Source: an uncultured Erysipelotrichaceae bacterium (GTDB lineage: Bacteria > Bacillota_I > Bacilli_A > Erysipelotrichales > Erysipelotrichaceae). From it: a stretch of DNA of 32,000 nt. Under the pieces are notes generated by a model, which was not told the origin of the DNA, ran no database searches, and was given only the letters and a program-made list of their open reading frames with translations. Below, piece by piece: positions 1 through 8,221 of this stretch. Every line of letters starts with the position of its first letter. The first letter of the stretch is position 1. A program made the translations under genes and the position numbers. Location: contig CAYWGS010000003.1 of assembly GCA_964457525.1 (NCBI GenBank), positions 1 to 32,000 of the forward strand, given 5' to 3'.

Positions 1-938
1 ACCGCAAAGTGGGTATTATTCTTTTGTAATTCAAAGAATAGTTCATCAATATGTTTTGATTCAGGCACAAAGTATGGCTTACGCATGATTTTAGCTAAAC
101 TAAATGCCTTAGTCTTAGCCTGATCATAGTATTTTAATAAATCCTTTAAATGCACAATCCCAACAATGTTATCGATACTTTCATCATAAATTGGGAATCG
201 AGTATATTGCTCATTCTTTAGAACTCGCTTAACTTCCGTAAGTGTTGCCTCAACTGGTATACCAGAGATTTCACGTCGATGTGTCATTACTTCAGAAACG
301 AGTTTATTATCAAACTCAAAGATGTTGTTAATCATCTCTTTTTCAGTTTCACGGATCGTACCTTTTTCTTCACCTACATCAACCATCATACGAATTTCTT
401 CTTCAGTTACTTGGTTGGGTTCCTCATCTGGATTAAATCCAAGCAATCGTAATACTGAGTTGGTTGTGAAACTTAGAAAATTAACAAATGGTAAAGCGAA
501 TATTGAGATAACGCGTAAAGTCCCAACAACCGCAAATGCAATTGGTTCTGCTTTGCTCATCGCAACTCGTTTTGGGACGAGTTCTCCAAAAACCAATGTT
601 GTATACGACAACAACAAAGTAATAATAATCACCGAGATGGTTTCCAGGATATCCACATCAATCGGAATATAGGTTATTAAAAAATTAACCAATGGTTCAC
701 TAAATTGATCAGACGCAAAAGCACTTGCCAAGAATCCTGCGAGTGTTACACCGATTTGAATGGTTGATAAAAAACGTGTTGGTGTTTCCAAAACCGTTAA
801 AACTTTTTTAGCTTTTAAATCACCTTCATCTGCTAGAAATCGAATCTTATTATCATTAATGGTGATAAACGCCATTTCGGAAGCAGTAAAGAATGCATTG
901 ACACCGGTCAAGATGATTAATAGGAACACTGCTATCAT
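1..938 (-). CDS. CNNM/DUF21 + CBS-pair transporter-associated protein (CorC/TlyC 'hemolysin' family), 3' end outside the window
   Basis: Own translation of the minus strand from ATG 938: MIAVFLLIILTGVNAFFTASEMAFITINDNKIRFLADEGDLKAKKVLTVLETPTRFLSTIQIGVTLAGFLAS..., the typical DUF21 membrane domain. CBS-like sequence follows (..EVMTHRREI.., ..VGIVHLKDLL..). GGGGG SD at 946-950. The plus-strand ORFs 322-672 and 760-954 are its antisense shadows. Confidence 0.85.
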   Translation of the reverse strand, partial: MIAVFLLIILTGVNAFFTASEMAFITINDNKIRFLADEGDLKAKKVLTVLETPTRFLSTIQIGVTLAGFLASAFASDQFSEPLVNFLITYIPIDVDILETISVIIITLLLSYTTLVFGELVPKRVAMSKAEPIAFAVVGTLRVISIFALPFVNFLSFTTNSVLRLLGFNPDEEPNQVTEEEIRMMVDVGEEKGTIRETEKEMINNIFEFDNKLVSEVMTHRREISGIPVEATLTEVKRVLKNEQYTRFPIYDESIDNIVGIVHLKDLLKYYDQAKTKAFSLAKIMRKPYFVPESKHIDELFFELQKNNTHFA

Positions 939-1027
939 ACAGTTACCCCCTTAAATACCAGTTTAACTGTAGACATCATTAAGGTATTGGTGTGACATCG
1001 CTGGTCACAGCCACTATCGTCGTTCAT
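935..1027 (-). CDS. Candidate 30-aa upstream ORF (MNDDSGCDQRCHTNTLMMSTVKLVFKGVTV) translationally coupled to the CNNM gene
   Basis: Perfect AGGAGG (1033-1038) lies 5 nt before ATG 1027. Its TGA stop overlaps the CNNM ATG as ATGA (935-938). An extended -10 TGtTATGAT (1053-1061, minus) sits just upstream. No homology recognised. Confidence 0.3.
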   Translation of the reverse strand: MNDDSGCDQRCHTNTLMMSTVKLVFKGVTV

Positions 1028-1071
1028 AAAATCCTCCTATAAAATATGATTTATCATAACATACCCACATC

Positions 1072-2262
1072 TTATGTCAAGTTTACCCATTGAATCAAAG
1101 CTTCCTTCGTGTTTTCAACTTTATTTAACATTACTGCTTCTAAACAGTCATTGAGTTTCTCTTGAATCGCTTTCCCTTTAAAATTCAAAACCATTAAATC
1201 ACGACCATTAATCTTTAGGTCTTTTATTGATACCACTACATTTTCTTGTATTAAGCGTTTAAGCATGTCATGACTCATTTCTTGATAATGTTCTAAATCA
1301 ATCATCTTTTTAAGCTCCATCGCTTCTAAAAGAATTGAATTCGGGTAAGCCTGCATCATACGTTTAATATCAATTTCTTGATCATTATACACGTGCTTGA
1401 AACACATATAAAAATCAACACAATCTTTAATTACTTTCTTCGGCATCTTCAAATGATTACAACGTACTCGTATCGTTTCCTCATCTTTATCAATAAAGAA
1501 GAGACTCATTCTTTTCAACCAGGTATCACAATGATTAACAACATCTAAGTACTTACACTCCAATATTTCAGGTATAAACACTGAAAGAATATCACGACTC
1601 TGATAAATATATGGAAATGGATTAGGCGCTTCTAACATTAATTTAAATTCTTGATAAATTCTTTCTACCGCTAATGCATTGATTAGGAAGGATTGTTTAC
1701 GCATCGCTTCAAGTGTATCCTTTTCGATACTAAACCCTAATTGACAGGCAAAACGAATACCTCTAAGGATTCTTAATGCATCTTCATAGAAACGTAGTTC
1801 AGGATCTCCCACACAACGAATTATTTTCGATTCAAGATCTTTTTGTCCATTCACAAAATCAATCATTTCTCCACTCGATCCAATTGCTAGTGCATTTATC
1901 GTAAAATCTCGTCGAACCACATCTTCTTTTAGTGATGGAGTAAAAATAACTGATTGAGGTCTTCTATGGTCTTTGGTCTCTTGGTCTAATCGATATGTTG
2001 TGATTTCAATCCAATCACCATTAATTTTTACTCCGATTGTGCCATGATCTTTGCCTATATGAGATTGTTTATAGGATGAAAAGATTGCTTCAATCTCATG
2101 AGGTAATGCGTTTGTTGCACAGTCAATATCATGTGTTTCTCGGCCTAATAGAAAATCACGAACAAAACCACCTACTAAATAGGCTTCATATCCATGGCTT
2201 TCAAGTTCATTAAGAACAATTTTTGCAGGTTGTGGAAGATTTATCATAATATGTAATAACAT
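1072..2262 (-). CDS. cca: CCA-adding enzyme (tRNA nucleotidyltransferase)
   Basis: GGFVRDFLLG...DIDCAT (GGxVRD / DxD head-domain motifs) and RRDFTINA motif. The start is uncertain (ATG 2262 or ATG 2247 = MINLPQ...); neither has a clear SD. Confidence 0.9.
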   Translation of the reverse strand: MLLHIMINLPQPAKIVLNELESHGYEAYLVGGFVRDFLLGRETHDIDCATNALPHEIEAIFSSYKQSHIGKDHGTIGVKINGDWIEITTYRLDQETKDHRRPQSVIFTPSLKEDVVRRDFTINALAIGSSGEMIDFVNGQKDLESKIIRCVGDPELRFYEDALRILRGIRFACQLGFSIEKDTLEAMRKQSFLINALAVERIYQEFKLMLEAPNPFPYIYQSRDILSVFIPEILECKYLDVVNHCDTWLKRMSLFFIDKDEETIRVRCNHLKMPKKVIKDCVDFYMCFKHVYNDQEIDIKRMMQAYPNSILLEAMELKKMIDLEHYQEMSHDMLKRLIQENVVVSIKDLKINGRDLMVLNFKGKAIQEKLNDCLEAVMLNKVENTKEALIQWVNLT

Positions 2263-2281
2263 TACTTATATGCATAATATT

Positions 2282-2290
2282 TGTTATAAT
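2282..2290 (+). promoter_or_regulatory. Extended -10 promoter element (TGtTATAAT) for the GntR array
   Basis: TG at 2282-2283 and TATAAT at 2285-2290, 49 nt upstream of ATG 2339. It is the only strong -10 in the 76-bp divergent cca/GntR intergenic region. Confidence 0.5.
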
Positions 2291-2302
2291 TATGCACAAA
2301 GG

Positions 2303-2314
2303 ATGTATATACAT
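2303..2314. promoter_or_regulatory. Candidate GntR/HutC operator, perfect palindrome ATGTATATACAT
   Basis: 12-bp perfect inverted repeat with a GT...AC core, the pattern generally found in GntR-family operators. It lies just downstream of the -10, at about +7 to +18 of the predicted transcript. Confidence 0.35.
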
Positions 2315-2338
2315 TAGTATAACATAATCAAAATACGC

Positions 2339-3079
2339 ATGAATTACATACGAATTGATAAGTTTTCAAAAACACCCTTATATATTCAATTAAAAGAGTC
2401 GATTAAAAACGCAATACAAACGGGTGTACTAAAAGATAAAGATAAATTACCGACCGAAGAATTTATTGGTCAGGTTTTTAACATATCCCGCTCAGTTGTA
2501 CGTCAAGCCTATCAGGCTTTAATTGATGAAGGACTTGTGACACGACACCAAGGAAAAGGAACATTTGTAAACAAGAAAGTACACTTTTCGAATATCTACT
2601 TTAAGAAGAACTTTAATGAAGAAGTAGAACTCAAAGGATTCAAACCGAACTCAAAGGTGTTAAGCATTGATGTTGTTAATCGTGAAGATATCATACCTTT
2701 TAGTTTAGACTATCCCCCATACCCACATTATTATTGTATAAAACGTGTAAAACTAGCGGATAATACACCGATTAGTTATGAAGTGTTCTATTTCCCAACG
2801 AACTTATTTAAGAATTTAGAGAAGCACATTACACATGAAGCCTCAATTACAAACATTATTACAGATATCTATAATTTCCCGAATCTATTAGGCGAATGTA
2901 TGATAAGTGCTGTCGAAGTAGACGATACTCTTGCAAGTATACTAGATGTTGAAGAAGGATCTGTAGCGATTAAGTTTGATATTTTACATTTCAATCATAA
3001 TCGTGTTCCTGTATTCTTTAAGGTTTCCTATTATCCAGGTGAACGTAACAGTATCGATGTTGAGATCAAAGGAGAATAA
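2339..3079 (+). CDS. GntR-family transcriptional regulator, HutC subfamily (wHTH + UTRA-like domain), paralog type A1
   Basis: KLPTEEFIGQVFNISRSVVRQAYQALIDEGLVTRHQGKGTFV is a GntR wHTH. The C-terminal ~150 aa are UTRA-like and end SYYPGERNSIDVEIKGE. No SD before the ATG. Confidence 0.9.
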   Translation: MNYIRIDKFSKTPLYIQLKESIKNAIQTGVLKDKDKLPTEEFIGQVFNISRSVVRQAYQALIDEGLVTRHQGKGTFVNKKVHFSNIYFKKNFNEEVELKGFKPNSKVLSIDVVNREDIIPFSLDYPPYPHYYCIKRVKLADNTPISYEVFYFPTNLFKNLEKHITHEASITNIITDIYNFPNLLGECMISAVEVDDTLASILDVEEGSVAIKFDILHFNHNRVPVFFKVSYYPGERNSIDVEIKGE

Positions 3080-3080
3080 A

Positions 3081-3818
3081 ATGGATTACATAACTATTGA
3101 TAAAGAAAGTGCTTATCCATATCACCAACAGATTTATCAAAGCGTCAAAGAAGCCATACAAAGTAAACGTTTATTACCTGGAGATAAACTCGCTACAGAA
3201 GAAGAGATTTGCCATCTGTTTGATGTATCAAGACCGGTTGTCCGTCAAGCTTATAACAAGTTAATCGAAGAGGAATTAATTGAGCGCCACAAAGGTAAAG
3301 GCAGTTTTGTATGCCAACCTAAAAAGAAATACACCATTCTTCAATCTCTTTCTACCTTAACTGAACAAATAAGTATGAATGATATGCATCCTACAATCAA
3401 AGAATACATAAGAGAAGTCATTGATTGTCCATCTGAACTGTTTTCCGCTTTTAATATAACAGAGTCCATAAAAGTTATTCACTTAAAAAGAATCTATCTT
3501 GGGGATAATTTCCCACAATTCTATGTTGAAGCGTATATGCGATGTGATTATTATGATAATGCTTTTAATGATTTATCAAAAGACGAAACTGTACAAGAAT
3601 ACACCAAAAAACTTAGTAATTATGATCGATTACATTCAAGACGTCTTCTAACCGCAATTAAAATTCCACCAGAAGTTTGTGAGATATATAAAATCCCAAA
3701 AAACTCAGTTGGATTCAAAATCGAATCATTTACGTTACTTACAAATGGAGAGATTGCGGATTACTCTGTTACTTATCTTCAAGGCCTCGGAACACGTATG
3801 GCTGTAAACTATTTCTAA
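3081..3818 (+). CDS. GntR-family transcriptional regulator, HutC subfamily, paralog type B1
   Basis: ATG 3081 is preceded by AAAGGAG (3068-3074), and MDYITIDK.. aligns with the N-termini of the other three paralogs, so the ORF-track start at 2976 is rejected. wHTH: KLATEEEICHLFDVSRPVVRQAYNKLIEEELIERHKGKGSFV. C-terminus: GFKIES...DYSVTYLQG...NYF. Confidence 0.9.
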   Translation: MDYITIDKESAYPYHQQIYQSVKEAIQSKRLLPGDKLATEEEICHLFDVSRPVVRQAYNKLIEEELIERHKGKGSFVCQPKKKYTILQSLSTLTEQISMNDMHPTIKEYIREVIDCPSELFSAFNITESIKVIHLKRIYLGDNFPQFYVEAYMRCDYYDNAFNDLSKDETVQEYTKKLSNYDRLHSRRLLTAIKIPPEVCEIYKIPKNSVGFKIESFTLLTNGEIADYSVTYLQGLGTRMAVNYF

Positions 3819-3822
3819 ACCT

Positions 3823-4587
3823 ATGAACTATATACACTTAAATAAATTTCTAAATATCCCTCTTTATCTTCAATTAAAAGATTGTATAAAAGAAGCAATT
3901 CTCACCGGAGAGTTAAACGATAAAGAAAAATTACCAACAGAAGAAGCCATCTGTGCTGTTTTCAACATATCTAGACCAGTTGTTAGACAAGCATTTAATG
4001 AACTGATCAAAGAAGGGTTAATTACTCGAATCCAAGGAAAAGGTAGTTTCGTTCACAAGAAACTCATGATTTCAAACTTAATGTATACCGTATATGGTTA
4101 TGCGAATGAAGTAAGAAAATATGGGTTAGATCCAGAATCTACAATTTTCAGTAAGGAAATTGATAAAAGAGAAAATCTACCCTATGAATTACAATGCCTT
4201 AATGATGATTTTTACTTAGTTAAACGAATTCGTAAAGGAAGTAATATCCCTCTATTCTTAGAGTATTATTATTTACCCGTTTCAAAGTTCCACAATTTTG
4301 AAAATCTATTTTTAGATAATACAGGATTCGCAAATCTATTAAAGTTGAGTTATGGTTATGATGGATTTGAAATTAATACACAAATGACCGCAATACTTGC
4401 GGATGAAGTTCTTTCGGATTTACTTGAAATTCAAGTAGATGATCCAATTTTTAAGTTTATCGTAAGAACTCAAAAGAAAGATGACAAAGAGCTCTATGTA
4501 TATAAACTTTCTTTTTTCCCAGGTGACCGTCATCAAATAGAAATAACAGAGAAAGGAGATAAGCTCTATGGAATTTATAAAGATTGA
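3823..4587 (+). CDS. GntR-family transcriptional regulator, HutC subfamily, paralog type A2
   Basis: MNYIHLNKF..PLYLQLK..KLPTEEAICAVFNISRPVVRQAFNELIKEGLITRIQGKGSFV; C-terminus SFFPGDRHQIEITEKGD, parallel to A1. It starts 4 nt after the B1 stop and has no SD. Confidence 0.9.
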   Translation: MNYIHLNKFLNIPLYLQLKDCIKEAILTGELNDKEKLPTEEAICAVFNISRPVVRQAFNELIKEGLITRIQGKGSFVHKKLMISNLMYTVYGYANEVRKYGLDPESTIFSKEIDKRENLPYELQCLNDDFYLVKRIRKGSNIPLFLEYYYLPVSKFHNFENLFLDNTGFANLLKLSYGYDGFEINTQMTAILADEVLSDLLEIQVDDPIFKFIVRTQKKDDKELYVYKLSFFPGDRHQIEITEKGDKLYGIYKD

Positions 4588-5254
4588 TAAGAGTAACTCC
4601 ATTCCGTTGTATCTTCAAATCGTTCAGTCAATTCGAAGCGCAATCAATGATGGTACATTACAAATGGACTCAAAACTTCCTACAGAAGAAGAATTGGGTC
4701 AAAAATTCGGTTTATCTCGACCTGTAGTAAGACAAGCATACAAGCAATTAATGGAAGAGCGATTAATCTATCGTCAAAAAGGAAAAGGAAGCTTTGTTTT
4801 ACCAAAAGAAGAACATGTAAATTTATTAAAACTATTGTTTCCTCTAACGGAGAAAATTAAAACAAACCAAATTTCTGAAAATATAGAAGAGTTAGAACAT
4901 CGTTTAGAAACTTATGATCCAAAAAGTATGCCCTCAATTCATCTTGAGAAAGGCGAAAATGTTTATATTACAAAAAAAATGTACTTTGGTGAAAGACGCA
5001 CTATGTTCTATATGGAGATTTATCAACCAGAGAAATATTATCCATATGAGAAAGAAAATATTACGATTCATCGTTTAGTACATGTGGTTAAGTTGAGCAA
5101 CGATATCTGCAAGTTATTTAATATTCCTAATCAGTCTGCTGGATTTAAGATTACAAGTACAAGCTATAACCAAGAAAATATAATCGTAGATTATAGTATT
5201 GCCTATGTACAAGGATATAATGTCTCCATCATTCTGGATTATTTTAAACAATAA
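4568..5254 (+). CDS. GntR-family transcriptional regulator, HutC subfamily, paralog type B2
   Basis: AAAGGAG (4552-4558) precedes ATG 4568, and the gene overlaps A2 by 20 nt. wHTH: KLPTEEELGQKFGLSRPVVRQAYKQLMEERLIYRQKGKGSFV. C-terminus GFKITS...DYSIAYVQG...DYF, parallel to B1. Confidence 0.9.
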   Translation: MEFIKIDKSNSIPLYLQIVQSIRSAINDGTLQMDSKLPTEEELGQKFGLSRPVVRQAYKQLMEERLIYRQKGKGSFVLPKEEHVNLLKLLFPLTEKIKTNQISENIEELEHRLETYDPKSMPSIHLEKGENVYITKKMYFGERRTMFYMEIYQPEKYYPYEKENITIHRLVHVVKLSNDICKLFNIPNQSAGFKITSTSYNQENIIVDYSIAYVQGYNVSIILDYFKQ

Positions 5255-5305
5255 CTACACACATCGTATGAAATCTGTTAATATTTTATAAAAGGTTAAA
5301 ATAAA

Positions 5306-5605
5306 ATGCGTAAAATTCTCACAATTATCTTCGCTCTTGTTCTATTTGTGTTAGCCATTTTAATACAATTAGATCTCATTACCATTCTTACTGTAAGCGC
5401 CACGAGCTTAAATGCTACACCTACAAGTGTTTATGTACTTTGGACAATTCTACTACTGTTTGAAAATCTAACGTACTCATTCTTTATCAATAACGCAACG
5501 ATTATTTTATTGATAAGTAATATACTAATTCTTATTTCATTTGGAATTCTGTTCTTACTTTATCGCCATGAAAGTAATCTATCAAAAAGACGTTATACAT
5601 TTTAG
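5306..5605 (+). CDS. Small hypothetical membrane protein (99 aa, about 3 predicted TM helices)
   Basis: Hydrophobic stretches ILTIIFALVLFVLAILIQL, VYVLWTILLLF and IILLISNILILISFGILFLLY. It follows the GntR array with no intervening terminator and precedes a strong terminator. No family recognised. Confidence 0.5.
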   Translation: MRKILTIIFALVLFVLAILIQLDLITILTVSATSLNATPTSVYVLWTILLLFENLTYSFFINNATIILLISNILILISFGILFLLYRHESNLSKRRYTF

Positions 5606-5625
5606 ACCCTAGGGTCTTTTATTTT
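5604..5625 (+). terminator. Rho-independent terminator after the GntR array / membrane protein unit
   Basis: AGACCCTAGGGTCT perfect palindrome (5604-5617) followed by TTTTATTTT. It overlaps the stop codon of the convergent tag gene. Confidence 0.8.
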
Positions 5626-6175
5626 GACTATGATAAGGACACTCGACAATATGATCATCCACCATACCAATCGCTTGCATGAAAGAATAGATGATGACAG
5701 AACCCACAAACTTAAATCCACGTTTCTTTAAATCTAGACTAATTTCTTTTGACAAATCTGTTTCAGCTGGCATTTGATTCTCTTTTTCTAAATTATGATT
5801 AATGGGTTTATTATCCACATATTTCCAAAAGTAATTCGATAAACTTCCAAACTCTTGAATAATATTTTGAGCACACAAAGCATTCGTACGTACTGCTTTT
5901 ATTTTAAGTTTATTCTTTATCACATTATAGTTTAATCGAATATTCTCTAAATCCTCATCACTAAGTTTTGCACATTTATCAATATCAAAATTATGAAAAG
6001 CAACGCTGTAATGTTCACGTTTATCAATAACAGTACTCCAAGATAATCCAGCTTGTGCTCCTTCTAAATTTAACATCTCAAAAATAAATCGATCATCATG
6101 ACTTGGAATACACCATTCTTCATCATGATATTTTCTCATTTTTACATTATTCCCTGGCCATGTACACTCTCTCAT
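5609..6175 (-). CDS. tag: DNA-3-methyladenine glycosylase I
   Basis: Close end-to-end resemblance to E. coli Tag (..YHDEEWC.P..DD...FEML.LEGAQAGLSW..; C-terminal KKRGFKFVG..I.YSFMQA.G.V.DH). GGAGGA SD. Confidence 0.9.
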   Translation of the reverse strand: MRECTWPGNNVKMRKYHDEEWCIPSHDDRFIFEMLNLEGAQAGLSWSTVIDKREHYSVAFHNFDIDKCAKLSDEDLENIRLNYNVIKNKLKIKAVRTNALCAQNIIQEFGSLSNYFWKYVDNKPINHNLEKENQMPAETDLSKEISLDLKKRGFKFVGSVIIYSFMQAIGMVDDHIVECPYHSQNKRP

Positions 6176-6183
6176 TGTTCCTC

Positions 6184-6215
6184 CAAAAAAAAGCCCATAT
6201 TAAATCATATGAGCT
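6184..6215 (-). terminator. Rho-independent terminator between the RNA methyltransferase gene and tag
   Basis: On the minus strand: AGCTCATAT-gattta-ATATGGGCT (one G-T pair), followed by TTTTTTTT, which runs directly into the tag SD (GGAGGA). Confidence 0.65.
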
Positions 6216-6222
6216 TCATTTG

Positions 6223-7422
6223 CTATTTCCTTTTTAAAATAACAACACTTTCCACATGAATCGTTTGAGGGAATAAATCCACACCAAAACGTTTCACAAT
6301 TTGATACGATTTCGATAGCTGCAATAAATCCTTCGCCTGTGTTACTGGATTACATGAAATATAGATAATTGTTCCTGGTTTCTTTTGAGCAATAGTATCC
6401 ATAAATGCATAACCAGCTCCTTCACGAGGAGGATCCATCACTAAGATATCAAATGCTTGTGTTGTACTTTTAATCCATTCTGTCGCATCTTTCTGAACAA
6501 ACTGGATATTCTTTATACCATTGAGTTCCGCATTGCGTTTACCAATCTGAATGGAATCTGGATTGCTTTCGACACTGATCAATGTCTTTACTTTATCACT
6601 CACTAGCATTCCAATAACACCTACTCCAGCGTATGCATCGACACATACATCTGTAGGTTTTAGATCACTGTACTGAATAACTTCGTTAAATAATCGTTCT
6701 GCTTGATCGATATGTATTTGGAAAAATGTACGAGATTGAATGTTAAATACCTTATCATTCAGCTTCTCTTGAATATAACCCCTGCCAAATACAACTTCTT
6801 CTTTCTTACCTAACAAGAATGAACTCTTGATTGGATGATAGTTCTCAATAATCGTCGTAATCTCAGGATGAGCATGACGTATTGCCGCAATAAAGTTCTT
6901 ACGACCAGGATACGGTGTCTTACCTACCACTAAAGTTAATAACACTTGATTCGTATGTTTTGATACACGTACTAAAGCATGTCTTAAAATACCTGTTTGA
7001 CGATCTTCATCAAATGGTTCGATACGATTCTTTTTCATTAAATCTTTGAGACTTAAGAAAATCTTCTCTGCGACTGGGTGTTGGATAACACAGTGATTGA
7101 TATTGATGAGTTGATGTGACTTAGGTTTGTAGAAACCCGCAATGATTTGAGTATGATGTTGCTTAAAAGAGATACTATTTTTATGACGATACTCTGTCAC
7201 TTGATCTGCAGAGATAAACTCTACATCTTCTTTTAACTTAAACACTTCTTTTAATTGATTCTTTTTCCACTCAACCTGTTTCTCATAAGGCCAAGTGAGG
7301 AGTTGACATCCACCACACACCTCAAAATAAGGACAATACTGTTCTTTAGGTGCTTTCGATCCTTTAATATCTTCTAAGTCACTTGTGGATAAACGCAACT
7401 CAGTTACGATTTCTTCAAACAT
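6223..7422 (-). CDS. 23S rRNA/tRNA (uracil-5-)-methyltransferase, RlmD(RumA)/TrmA family, without an obvious N-terminal TRAM domain
   Basis: Fe-S cysteine cluster CPYFEVCGGCQL, SAM-methyltransferase motif VMDPPREGAG, and catalytic YISCNP. Confidence 0.85.
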   Translation of the reverse strand: MFEEIVTELRLSTSDLEDIKGSKAPKEQYCPYFEVCGGCQLLTWPYEKQVEWKKNQLKEVFKLKEDVEFISADQVTEYRHKNSISFKQHHTQIIAGFYKPKSHQLININHCVIQHPVAEKIFLSLKDLMKKNRIEPFDEDRQTGILRHALVRVSKHTNQVLLTLVVGKTPYPGRKNFIAAIRHAHPEITTIIENYHPIKSSFLLGKKEEVVFGRGYIQEKLNDKVFNIQSRTFFQIHIDQAERLFNEVIQYSDLKPTDVCVDAYAGVGVIGMLVSDKVKTLISVESNPDSIQIGKRNAELNGIKNIQFVQKDATEWIKSTTQAFDILVMDPPREGAGYAFMDTIAQKKPGTIIYISCNPVTQAKDLLQLSKSYQIVKRFGVDLFPQTIHVESVVILKRK

Positions 7423-7423
7423 T

Positions 7424-8173
7424 TTACTCCAACTCTATGGATACTGGACAATGGTCAGACCCAAATATATCATCATGAATACGCGCTTCTTTAAGCTTCT
7501 CTTTTAATCTCTCTGAAATCACAAAGTAATCAATTCTCCATCCTACCCCTTTTTCACGGGCATTCATTCGGTAGGACCACCAAGAATACTGAACTTTCTC
7601 TGGATAGAGTGTTCTAAATGTATCAATAAACCCTGCTTCAAGTAATTGCGTAAATTTCGCACGTTCTTCATCACTAAAACCAGGATTAAATCGATTGGTT
7701 TTAGGATTCTTTAAGTCTATTTCATTATGCGCTACATTCAAGTCTCCACATAAGATAACAGGCTTGAATTGGTCGAGTTCAACTAAGAAATCTCTAAATG
7801 CATCTTCCCATTCCATACGATAACTCAAACGTTTTAATTCTTCTTGAGCATTTGGAGTATAGACACATACTAAATAGAAATCATCATATTCCAACGTCAC
7901 AACACGACCTTCATGATTGTGATCTTCAATATGAATCCCATATCGAACCGAAATCGGTTGATGTTTCGCATAAATAGCGGTACCCGAGTACCCTTTCTTC
8001 TCTGCATAATTAAAATACTTTACATAACCCTGCGGACTAAAATCAAATTGTCCTTCTTGCATTTTTGTTTCTTGTAAACAAACAAAATCAGCTTCAAAGT
8101 TATGAAAGATTTCTTCAAAGCCCTTATTAAAAATGGCTCTTATTCCATTAACATTCCATGATACAAATTTCAT
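7424..8173 (-). CDS. xth: Exodeoxyribonuclease III (AP endonuclease)
   Basis: MKFVSWNVNGIRA..., CLQETK, GDLNVAH and SDHCPV are canonical ExoIII/ExoA motifs. The stop lies 1 nt before the methyltransferase start, consistent with an operon. Confidence 0.92.
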   Translation of the reverse strand: MKFVSWNVNGIRAIFNKGFEEIFHNFEADFVCLQETKMQEGQFDFSPQGYVKYFNYAEKKGYSGTAIYAKHQPISVRYGIHIEDHNHEGRVVTLEYDDFYLVCVYTPNAQEELKRLSYRMEWEDAFRDFLVELDQFKPVILCGDLNVAHNEIDLKNPKTNRFNPGFSDEERAKFTQLLEAGFIDTFRTLYPEKVQYSWWSYRMNAREKGVGWRIDYFVISERLKEKLKEARIHDDIFGSDHCPVSIELE

Positions 8174-8221
8174 ATGACACCTCCCCTATAGTATAAACAA
8201 TGTCCATCTAAATGTCATCTA

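Noticed and set aside
322-954. Plus-strand ORFs 322-672 and 760-954 from the ORF track
   Set aside because: They are low-complexity translations with no recognisable family. They lie antisense to a clearly recognisable minus-strand DUF21/CBS gene (1-938), so they are shadow ORFs.
2976-3080. N-terminal extension of the second GntR gene (ORF-track start at 2976)
   Set aside because: The extension overlaps the end of the first GntR gene in another frame and encodes hydrophobic junk. ATG 3081 has an AAAGGAG SD and aligns with the N-termini of the three paralogs.
2339-5254. The four GntR genes as a recent tandem duplication, assembly artefact or recombination/phase-variation cassette
   Set aside because: Even in the most conserved HTH region the nucleotide sequences differ at many positions, and the effector domains are highly diverged. 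There are no long identical DNA repeats that could drive recombination or indicate collapse or expansion.
5604-5617. Perfect 14-bp palindrome AGACCCTAGGGTCT as a protein-binding site or mobile-element end
   Set aside because: It sits exactly between convergent genes and is followed by a T-run. No partner repeat or transposase is present. A plain intrinsic terminator is the simplest reading.
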